In this document: piece by piece, positions 33,287 through 46,259 of the stretch
How positions within the stretch are numbered: position 1 is the stretch's first letter
Layout: the number at the start of each line of letters is the position of its first letter
Origin: Arcobacteraceae bacterium
GTDB lineage: Bacteria; Campylobacterota; Campylobacteria; Campylobacterales; Arcobacteraceae
Assembly: GCA_963662945.1 (NCBI GenBank)
Contig: OY759974.1
Coordinates: 896,001-960,000, forward strand
Direction: 5' to 3'
DNA length: 64,000 nucleotides
Program-made: the position numbers and the translations under genes
Notes under the pieces: generated by a model
Seen by the model: only the letters and a program-made list of their open reading frames with translations
Told to the model about the DNA's origin: nothing
Databases searched by the model: none

Positions 33287-33571
33287 CTTGGAACTCCTTT
33301 TATTTTTTAACAAAAGAAGTATGACATATTTAGGCTATATTTTCATATTTAATTATGTATATATTATATACAATTAGAAAAATTATTCACAAAAAAGTTA
33401 TTATATTTATAATATTAAAAAAAGATTAGCATTTTGAAAAATATAATCACATAACATATCTAGTATTATGTAAAATTTTCACAAAACAATTCTGCAAAAT
33501 TATATTTATTTTTATTATTCATAAATTTTTTAGTCAATTGTATATTATATATACAATTGGCTTGTTGACAT

Positions 33572-34204
33572 TTATAATGGTTTAAAAATATTATCATTTC
33601 CATCATAATATTCAATAGAACCATCTTCTATTTTATAATACCATCCGTGTATACCTAAGCTGCCTTCATTCACTTTACGCAATATTTCAGGAAAAGTTAA
33701 TAAATTTTCTAATTGATGTTTTATTGATATTTTTTCAGTAATTCGCAATTTATCTTCTATTGTATGTTTATCTGTAATATTGGATAATGTATACTCTTTT
33801 GCTTTTTTTCCAAGTTCTAACCATTTATGTACATGTATTAAATGTGGTTCATTACTTAAATCTTCATATAAAGCAGCACATGCACCACAATGACTATGTC
33901 CACATACTATTATATCTTTTACATTCAAAACACTTACTGCATATTCTATGGCAGCTGTTGATCCATGAAAATCATTATCATTCTTATAAGGAGGTACAAA
34001 ATTACCAATATTTCGTATTATAAACATATCACCTGGTTTACTATCAACAATTAAATCAGGAACAACTCGGCTATCACTACAACCTATAAATAATACATCT
34101 GGTGATTGTCCATTAGTTACTAAATTCTCAAATTTATTCTCTAAATGAGGAAAATGAGTATCCTTAAATTTTTTATTACCATTTATAAGTTTATTTATTA
34201 GCAT
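33572..34204 (-). CDS. Beta-class carbonic anhydrase
   Basis: GCSDSRV, RNIGNFVP, CGHSHCGA. Confidence 0.96.
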   Translation of the reverse strand: MLINKLINGNKKFKDTHFPHLENKFENLVTNGQSPDVLFIGCSDSRVVPDLIVDSKPGDMFIIRNIGNFVPPYKNDNDFHGSTAAIEYAVSVLNVKDIIVCGHSHCGACAALYEDLSNEPHLIHVHKWLELGKKAKEYTLSNITDKHTIEDKLRITEKISIKHQLENLLTFPEILRKVNEGSLGIHGWYYKIEDGSIEYYDGNDNIFKPL

Positions 34205-34384
34205 TTAATTCCTTTAATCATTTTGATATTATATTAAAAAAGTGATAATAAATTATAAAAGAAAAATATTAATATAATATGAATTAAAAAGAAATCGAAA
34301 AAGATTAACAAAAAAAGAAAATAAAAAAGCCAAAGGAGGCATAAAAGCTTCCAAAAAGAAGTAAAAAAAAGAGACACCTTAAAA

Positions 34385-34500
34385 GTTGGCAGCGACCTAC
34401 GTTTCCACCAGGGGACCCGGCAGTATTATCGGCGATGGAGAGCTTGACTACCAGGTTCGAAATGGGGCTGGGTATTTCCTCTCCTCTATAACCACCAACA
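34385..34500 (-). rRNA. rrf: 5S rRNA
   Basis: Conserved 5S sequence (CCATTTCGAAC, CGCCGATAATACTG, GGAAACGTAGGTCGCTGCCA) on the minus strand; ends approximate. Confidence 0.95.
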
Positions 34501-34626
34501 TTTAAAATGTCTCATTTAAAAGTTGTGTATAAAGTAATACAGTTAAAGTCTTTGTTCTAAAGTAAAAATACATTCTAAATATATCTTATTACATTTAATA
34601 AGATAGTAAACTAAAGATAATCTTAT

Positions 34627-37508
<2,882 letters not shown>

Positions 37509-37756
37509 GATAAATTAAAGAAGAATTTGTATTATTGCTAATACAGTTCTTTTTTGCTTTGTTATGATTATTCTTTAGCTACTATCTTATTAAATGTAAC
37601 TTCAATAAAATAATATTTAAAATTGTATTTTTATTTTCTTTAGAAAAATAAAGACTTTAACAGTATGTTTTTAAATAACTCTTTGATCTCTTTTGAAATC
37701 AAATATTAATTCTACAATTAGAACTAATATTTAACTTCTTCTGTATCTCTTTCCTA

Positions 37757-37832
37757 TGGTGGAGAATAGCGGGATCGAACCGCTGACCTCCTACGTGCAA
37801 GGCAGGCGCTCTCCCAGCTGAGCTAATTCCCC
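37757..37832 (-). tRNA. tRNA-Ala(TGC)
   Basis: GGGGAATTAGCTCAG...TTGCAC...CCA in the 16S-23S spacer. Confidence 0.97.
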
Positions 37833-37833
37833 A

Positions 37834-37910
37834 TGGTGGGCCTAACAGGACTTGAACCTGTGACCTCACGATTATCAGTCGAGCGCTCTAGCCAGCTGAG
37901 CTATAGGCCC
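37834..37910 (-). tRNA. tRNA-Ile(GAT)
   Basis: GGGCCTATAGCTCAG...CTGATAA...CCA in the 16S-23S spacer. Confidence 0.97.
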
Positions 37911-38158
37911 ATGAATACTTAGTTAATAATGATCTCTCATTATTGACTAGGATGTTTTAACATCTTTGTTAATAAATAATGTTCTGTTCTTTTAAGATTA
38001 TTCATATAATCTTTATAAACTAGATAGCAAGATGTCTTTATGAGATTAAAGAACTTTCGTCTCGATGTTGTACTATTTTTTACATCAATTTGTTATATCT
38101 TATTATATAACTTTTTATTCATTGAACTCAACTAAACGAATAGTTAAGTTATATCTTT

Positions 38159-39676
<1,518 letters not shown>

Positions 39677-40031
39677 AAATAAGCATTTCTACTTATTGGT
39701 TTGTTTAATCTTGACTTTTAAGTTTTTACCTAAAAATCACTGAATCTATTTAAAGATTCAATTATATTTATTTGTTTTTAGTTTTAAAACTAAAACTCAT
39801 AAAGTTTATAGACGAAGTTTATCAAATATAAATTACTCTATATTTAATTCTTCTTGTATCTAGTTTATAAAGATTACTTCTCAGTAATTTAAATAAACTT
39901 GATTTTATTTATTAACATTATTTTTTTTAAAGAACTTTTCCTAATTAATTTTTCTCTCTTCTTGAAGTTATTGAATCTAAACAACCCGTTTATACTCTCT
40001 TCTTAAAGTGTCTTACTTTAATTGGACGCGA

Positions 40032-40060
40032 ATTATAATAAAATTTTTTGGCTTTGTCAA
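40032..40060 (-). promoter_or_regulatory. rRNA operon sigma70 promoter
   Basis: Minus strand TTGACA-N17-TATAAT followed by GC-containing TCGCGTCC; a similar TATAATTTCGTCC precedes the tRNA cluster at about 5232-5244. Confidence 0.85.
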
Positions 40061-40131
40061 GAGCTACAGCTTAAGTATTGCTGAAATTTTGAAAAATTTT
40101 TTTTTATAGTACTTTTCACTATATTTTATTA

Positions 40132-40611
40132 CTATAAATCATAATTATCTATATATAATAATATATAAATTCTCTCTCTTTCATCAATATATTTCTTTGT
40201 TTGAACTAATTGTAAATATTCATATATTTTTTCTTGTGATAAATCAGATTGATCTAATTTTTTTTGTAACTCTTTTCTTGCTCTACTTCTTGCTAAATTT
40301 TCTTGGTAGTTTTTACCTTTAAAATGTGTATTAGCTTTTCCCACACCATAATATTGGTAATCAGCACTGTAACCTTTAATCCATAATGGAATAATATTAG
40401 TTGGTTCTTCTTGATCTATATTAGCTTTTAAAAGTCTTTTTATTTTAATATCTGCCAGTGATTCAAATACACCGTGAGGATATTGTTTTTTATATAACTT
40501 CAATAATTCAACATCACCACTATCTTTTACTTCATCCCAAAATAATAACTCTGCTTTATCTGCAAAAAGCATTGTAATTAATATTGTTAAAATAAATATT
40601 GTTTTTTTCAT
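40132..40611 (-). CDS. Secreted hypothetical protein with a possible LPP20-like C-terminal half
   Basis: Signal peptide; PLWIKG...YYGVGKA...ARSRARKEL; overlaps the mutS2 stop. Confidence 0.6.
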   Translation of the reverse strand: MKKTIFILTILITMLFADKAELLFWDEVKDSGDVELLKLYKKQYPHGVFESLADIKIKRLLKANIDQEEPTNIIPLWIKGYSADYQYYGVGKANTHFKGKNYQENLARSRARKELQKKLDQSDLSQEKIYEYLQLVQTKKYIDERERIYILLYIDNYDL

Positions 40612-42812
40612 AGTTTTATAACCTTTGCTCCATACCCACCCTCTTTTGCTGTTGCATCATTATAACTTTTTATACTTGGATGAGTATCTAAAAATTGTTT
40701 CACCGCATAAGCAAGTTTTCCTGTTCCTATTCCATGATATACTAAAACCTCATCAAATCCAGCAATTAAACTATCAGAAAGAAATTTATCTAAATTTTCA
40801 ATAGCTTCTTCTGCTCTTTGCCCATGTAAATCTAACTTCACATGTCCTGTTTGAGGCTTTTGGATATCTATTTTAACATTTTTAGGTTTTACTCTTGGTA
40901 TATTACCACTTCTTTTTAAACTTGATAAAGGAAGTTGTAATTTCATACCATCATTGGTCTCAACCATTGCTTTTTTCCCTTTGATTGATATAATGACACC
41001 TTTTGTATTATTATATTTTACAGTATCTCCAACTTTTAAATCTAATGGTTCTTCTACTTTTTCAACTTTAATTTGCTGTTTTTTTGTATGAACTTTATTT
41101 AAAATTCGATGTTGCTCTTTTGAATCATTTAATTTAACAGCTTTTTTTACTTCTTCAATGGCTTCTTTATATTCTTGTTCTAACTTATTTTTCTTTGCTA
41201 AAACTTCTTTATCTAAATTCTCTTTTTGTTCTTTTAAATTTTGCTCTAGTCTATTATTCTTTTCAATTTTTTCATCAAGTTGTTGTATCTTTTGTTTATA
41301 TTCTCTTTCAAGATCACTACTTCTTTGTATTAAATCATTTAATTTATCTTTATCTTCACCATAAACTTCTTTTGCTTTTTTTACAACACCTACAGGAATA
41401 TTATATCTTTGAGCAGTTTCAAAAGCATAACTTCTCCCGATTGTTCCTTGTAAAAACTCATAAGTTGGTTTTCTATTTTCTTCATCATAAAGTGCAGCTA
41501 TCAAATCTACTTCAGGATTTGAAGCTAATAAAGATGCTAATCTTTTATGATGTGTTGTCACAATGATTTTTATATTTTTACTTATAAGTTCTTCAATGAT
41601 AACTTTAAATAAACTCGCTGCTTCATCACTATCTGTTCCTAACTCAATTTCATCAACACCAACTATTGCATTTTGTTTTGTAAAAAGTTTACTAAACTCA
41701 ACCATACGACCAGCAAATGTTGAAATATCATTTTTCACATTTTGTGGATCATCCAAAATTGCATTGATATCTTTATAACTACCAACAACACTTGATTTAT
41801 CACAACTATATGGAATAAGATATTTTGACATATAAACAGCACTTAAAATTGATTTTAGAAGCATCGTTTTTCCACCAGCATTTACACCAGTAATCATAAT
41901 AACATTTTTCGTGAAATCTACAGTCACACTTTTTGCATGTTCTAACGCAGGATGTTTGAAATTAACTAGTTTTTGTATTTTATTAGCTTTATTTGATGGT
42001 AATATAAAATTAAGATTTTTATGTTTTGCAAAATGTATTCTTGCCTGATAATGGTCATATCTATCAAACTCTTTATTGATAAATCTTAAAAACATAAGAT
42101 GTTTTGATAATAAAAAACTAAATTCTTGAGTGATTTTATAAAGAATTTCATCCTTGAGATTAATCAAATCAGATTGTTTTTGTTTTAATTCACTCACACT
42201 ATGTGGCAATACATAAAAAAATCCACTTTGACTTCTATCTAATACTTTACATTGTAATACATGATTAAATCCAGCTCGTACCATCAAAGTTTGTTCCCCA
42301 TGAACTAAGTGTACTTGATGATCAACTAAATATGGTTGTAAATTTTTACTATTTATTACCCCATAAAGTTTTTGCTTAATAGCATCTCTATTTGTATATA
42401 AACTTTGATTTACCCTATCTAAATCTTCATCAAATCCGGATAACAGTTCACCCTTATCATCAAATGCATAAATAATTTTATCTAATTCATTAGGAATAAT
42501 AATTTTTTCAATCCACGATTCTAATTTTCCACTAAAAGTGAATTTCTTAAGATATGAAAAAAAAGTAATAATTTTTACAAATTCATATATCTCATAGATT
42601 TTTATATTACCTTGCTTTTGCAAATAATTTAATGCACTATCCAAATTATCTATTTTTTGTGGAGTTTTTAACTCAAAATTTTCTAATTCACTTAAAATTG
42701 TATGATGAAGGTTTATATCACCTTCTAAAATAACGCTTTTTTCTCTACAAAACAAAGACTGTAGATTTTCTATATGATTTACTATATCAAGTTTTTTTAC
42801 TAAATTTTCCAA
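40608..42812 (-). CDS. mutS2: Endonuclease MutS2
   Basis: ITGVNAGGKT, ISTFAGRM, DEIELGTD, TTHH; C-terminal Smr domain LDLHG...YHGIGTG. Confidence 0.96.
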   Translation of the reverse strand: MENLVKKLDIVNHIENLQSLFCREKSVILEGDINLHHTILSELENFELKTPQKIDNLDSALNYLQKQGNIKIYEIYEFVKIITFFSYLKKFTFSGKLESWIEKIIIPNELDKIIYAFDDKGELLSGFDEDLDRVNQSLYTNRDAIKQKLYGVINSKNLQPYLVDHQVHLVHGEQTLMVRAGFNHVLQCKVLDRSQSGFFYVLPHSVSELKQKQSDLINLKDEILYKITQEFSFLLSKHLMFLRFINKEFDRYDHYQARIHFAKHKNLNFILPSNKANKIQKLVNFKHPALEHAKSVTVDFTKNVIMITGVNAGGKTMLLKSILSAVYMSKYLIPYSCDKSSVVGSYKDINAILDDPQNVKNDISTFAGRMVEFSKLFTKQNAIVGVDEIELGTDSDEAASLFKVIIEELISKNIKIIVTTHHKRLASLLASNPEVDLIAALYDEENRKPTYEFLQGTIGRSYAFETAQRYNIPVGVVKKAKEVYGEDKDKLNDLIQRSSDLEREYKQKIQQLDEKIEKNNRLEQNLKEQKENLDKEVLAKKNKLEQEYKEAIEEVKKAVKLNDSKEQHRILNKVHTKKQQIKVEKVEEPLDLKVGDTVKYNNTKGVIISIKGKKAMVETNDGMKLQLPLSSLKRSGNIPRVKPKNVKIDIQKPQTGHVKLDLHGQRAEEAIENLDKFLSDSLIAGFDEVLVYHGIGTGKLAYAVKQFLDTHPSIKSYNDATAKEGGYGAKVIKL

Positions 42813-43824
42813 TGTTCAACTTCGGCTTTATAATTTTTTTCTCTGGTATTTGTTTTTGTTTTGAATTTCTAAGTTCTGTATCTAGATTAATCTCTTCTCC
42901 AAATACTTCTCTTTCTTTAAATTCTTCAACTAAAGATTCCAACAATTTTATACTAAATTCTGGTATATAATTATTTATTTTATAACTTTCTTCACTTATT
43001 GTTAGAATCTTAACATCTTTATTGCTATCAATATCATTTTGATAAACATATCCATAACTTTTTCTGATTTTTAACAACTCTTCTTTTATCGCTGGATGTA
43101 AATAATATAGTTTTGACATATTCGTTTCTATTCTATAGTTACTATTGTCAAAATCTATTAACTCCCATTTTAGATTAAGTATCTTTTTTTTCTTTTTACC
43201 ATGTATTAAAAAAAGAAAAAATGATATTACAAGCGGTTTGTTATGAAATAAAATATTAACAACATCATATATTTCTGTTATTTTTTCTTGTATCAATTTA
43301 ACATATTGTTTTTCTTGTGCATATTTGAAATTAAGTTTTTTACAAGGACTCAATAGAATTAAATTTTTTTGTACTGCATAATCAAAAACGCGTATTATAA
43401 AATCAGAGGTTATTTTATAAACACTCAATTTAAAATGATTTTGTTGTTTACTGAAAATATGTTTAATATCTTCTTCTGTAATAACTTCAATAGGAATCAT
43501 ACCTAAATAATTTTTAATATATTTTTCATAATATCTTTTTTCTATAAAATCAGCAACATCATGAAACTCAACATATTTACTAATAAAATCATCAAATGTT
43601 AATTGTTCTTTTTGTATTAATTGTTTATTCTTGTTTTTTTCTTTTTGTAATGTAGCTTTTGCTACTGATATTTTCATGTCAGAAGTCCACTTTTTTTGTG
43701 AAAAATCTAATGTACCTTCTATATACTCATCTAAATCTTTAAACTTATAATAAAAGAGGGAAGTGTTTTCATCACACCACAACTCTTCAGTTAATTGCTT
43801 AGTAAAATATGATTTATTATCCAT
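42787..43824 (-). CDS. Tyrosine-recombinase (phage integrase-like) homolog lacking recognisable catalytic residues
   Basis: Core-binding-like YEKYIKNYLG...ITEEDI...VFDYAVQKNLILLSPC; box I-like FLFLIHGKKKKKILNLKWELIDF; no HxxR or catalytic Tyr box. Confidence 0.65.
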   Translation of the reverse strand: MDNKSYFTKQLTEELWCDENTSLFYYKFKDLDEYIEGTLDFSQKKWTSDMKISVAKATLQKEKNKNKQLIQKEQLTFDDFISKYVEFHDVADFIEKRYYEKYIKNYLGMIPIEVITEEDIKHIFSKQQNHFKLSVYKITSDFIIRVFDYAVQKNLILLSPCKKLNFKYAQEKQYVKLIQEKITEIYDVVNILFHNKPLVISFFLFLIHGKKKKKILNLKWELIDFDNSNYRIETNMSKLYYLHPAIKEELLKIRKSYGYVYQNDIDSNKDVKILTISEESYKINNYIPEFSIKLLESLVEEFKEREVFGEEINLDTELRNSKQKQIPEKKIIKPKLNIGKFSKKT

Positions 43825-43834
43825 TTTTATTTAA

Positions 43835-44440
43835 TTAATCTTTATTCTTATTAATAAAAATTGCTAAAGAAACTCTATCTTTCACTTTTAATTTTGTAAA
43901 TATATTACCAATATGTTTTTTTACAGTTACCAACTGTATATCTAATTGCTTAGATATCTCTTTATTCGAATCTCCCTTAGCAACCAACTGAGCAACTTCT
44001 AATTCTTTTGATGAAAGCACTGATAATTTCTTTTTATCTATTTGTTTTTCCGTATCAACAGTTATATTTTTTATTATATAATTCATCAATTCTGGATAAA
44101 GCCAAACATTTCCTTCTTGGACAGTTTTTAAAACTTCTTTTACAATAATCTTACTTGTTTTTTTACCAATATAACTCTTGCATCCTTTTTTGATCATCAA
44201 AGTACCATGAGCTAATCTTGGTACTTCTACTAAAGCTATAATATTTAATAATTTGGATACATTATCAATGTAAAAAAGTGTTTGTTCAACTGTTTTAAAA
44301 TTATCTAGGTCTAGAACTAAAATATCATTAGTTTGAAAATTCTTCTCGTCTAGATAAAAATCTTCTTCAACCACTCTTGCTTCAAACTCATTTGTCCAAT
44401 AATTTTTGATGATTTCTTGTTGTGAATAAATATAAATCAT
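43835..44440 (-). CDS. NarL/LuxR-family regulator with an atypical receiver domain
   Basis: C-terminal HTH LSSKELEVAQLVAKGDSNKEISKQLDIQLVTVKKHIGNIFTKL. Confidence 0.9.
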   Translation of the reverse strand: MIYIYSQQEIIKNYWTNEFEARVVEEDFYLDEKNFQTNDILVLDLDNFKTVEQTLFYIDNVSKLLNIIALVEVPRLAHGTLMIKKGCKSYIGKKTSKIIVKEVLKTVQEGNVWLYPELMNYIIKNITVDTEKQIDKKKLSVLSSKELEVAQLVAKGDSNKEISKQLDIQLVTVKKHIGNIFTKLKVKDRVSLAIFINKNKD

Positions 44441-44441
44441 T

Positions 44442-46259
44442 TTATTCCTTCTGTGTTGTTTTTAGTATTGGTTTCAGTAAAAATGACATGATACTTTTCT
44501 TACCAACTAAAACATCTGCATTTACCATCATACCAACTTTTATCTTATACTTTTCATTATCTAAAAGATAATTCTTTTTTGTTTTTACATAAATCATATA
44601 AAAACTATCCCCTGTATCTTCATCCACAATAGTATCTGGACTTATATTAGTTATTTTTCCTTCTAAATCTCCATAAATAGAATAATCAAATGCAGTTACT
44701 TTTAATTTTACTGTTTGACCTACATGTAATTTAGCTATCTCTTCAGGTTTAATTTTCACTTCTGCTACCATCTCATAATTGTCTGGTACAATTGTTATGA
44801 TATCAGCTGATGGTTCAATAGAACTTCCTACTGTATGCACAAAAATTTCTTTTACAACTCCATCTACTGGCGAACGAATTACCGTTCTTGCTATAATATC
44901 TTCTAGATTTTTTTTAGTTTCTTCTAGTCTTAATAATTCTGCAATCGTTTCATTTAATTGTAATGCTGATTTATTTTTAAATGTTAATTTTGTTTCCTCA
45001 ATACCATTTTTTATCTCTTGAATTTGAGCATCACTTTGTTTTATAACTTCTTGTGCACTTCTTAATGCTCCTCTTGAATCATTAAGCTCTCTTTCTAATT
45101 GATTTAATTCATATTTTGTAAATATTTTTTTTGCTTCTAATGCTTTTTTTGCTTTAAATTCTTCTTCGAGAGTAATTAAATTTTCTTTTAATACATCGTA
45201 CTTATTTTGTGCATCTACTAAAACACTCTCTTGATATTTTAGTTGTTCTAATTGTTTAGATATATTTTGTTGTAATTCTTGTTGATTTGATAAAAAATAA
45301 TGTTTTTCATTTTCAATCATACTATTATCACATTCACCATTACAAACTATTTTTTGCATAGGAAGATCGTCTATCTCTGCCATCAATCTAGATCTTTTAA
45401 CTTTCAATTCCATTATTCTAATATGATTTTCTTCTAGCTTACTTTTATAAGATATGGGACTCAATTTTACTAATATTTGTCCTTTTTTAATGCTATCACC
45501 TTCTTTTACGTAAATATGCGAGACCACTCCCCCTTCGAGATTTTTAAGTTTTTGTACTTTTGAAGTTGGAATAAATTGACCTTGTCCCCGCGCAATTTCA
45601 TCTATATCAAAACTCACTGCATATATTAAAAATAAGAAGATAAAACCTACAACAATTTTTACCACTAAACTTACTTTATTTGAGACTGTATCCAATACAG
45701 CGGCGCTAGTACTGGATACAAAACTTAGTGTAGAATCATGATACTTTTCTTGTGACATCATTTTGACTTGTAATTTATGGAGTAATCTTTGACAGGATAT
45801 ATCATGAATGACAAAAATAAATCCACTTAATTCATTATCTATGAATAGTGGATTTATAATAGTTTTAGTAAAAATCTCTTTATTATCTACTGTCGTTAAA
45901 ACAAGTTCCGTACCCCAAGATTCTTGGTCATGGTTTTTTACATATTCGCAACCATTATAAAATTTTTCTGCATACTCTGGTGAAACTATAAAAGTAAAAC
46001 TTTTATTTGTAAAAGTTGCATTATTATAGCCAAAAAGATCACTAAAAGCTTTGCTTACAGACTTGACTGACAAATTTTTATCTACTGTACATGAAATCAT
46101 ATTTTCATCAGCAATAGTATTGAAGTCATTCATTTGCCGTAAAGTATCTTCATCTATCAAACTAGCTAACTTACTATGACTCTCTTTAGCTGCTAATTCT
46201 TTTTCAAGTTTTTCAATCTTTAAATTAAGATTTTCTACTATTATCTCTTGACTATTCAT
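44442..46259 (-). CDS. HlyD-family T1SS periplasmic adaptor with an N-terminal PAS domain
   Basis: C-part: IDEIARGQG, NLEGGVV, IRSPVDGVV, AFDYSIYG, KVGM; N-part: VDKNL..KSVSKAFSDLFGY...GFIFVIHDIS. Confidence 0.9.
   Translation of the reverse strand: MNSQEIIVENLNLKIEKLEKELAAKESHSKLASLIDEDTLRQMNDFNTIADENMISCTVDKNLSVKSVSKAFSDLFGYNNATFTNKSFTFIVSPEYAEKFYNGCEYVKNHDQESWGTELVLTTVDNKEIFTKTIINPLFIDNELSGFIFVIHDISCQRLLHKLQVKMMSQEKYHDSTLSFVSSTSAAVLDTVSNKVSLVVKIVVGFIFLFLIYAVSFDIDEIARGQGQFIPTSKVQKLKNLEGGVVSHIYVKEGDSIKKGQILVKLSPISYKSKLEENHIRIMELKVKRSRLMAEIDDLPMQKIVCNGECDNSMIENEKHYFLSNQQELQQNISKQLEQLKYQESVLVDAQNKYDVLKENLITLEEEFKAKKALEAKKIFTKYELNQLERELNDSRGALRSAQEVIKQSDAQIQEIKNGIEETKLTFKNKSALQLNETIAELLRLEETKKNLEDIIARTVIRSPVDGVVKEIFVHTVGSSIEPSADIITIVPDNYEMVAEVKIKPEEIAKLHVGQTVKLKVTAFDYSIYGDLEGKITNISPDTIVDEDTGDSFYMIYVKTKKNYLLDNEKYKIKVGMMVNADVLVGKKSIMSFLLKPILKTTQKE

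Noticed and set aside
42787-43824. Active integrase marking a prophage or ICE
   Set aside because: Catalytic residues are not recognisable; there is no adjacent tRNA or att repeat and no phage or conjugation genes in the window
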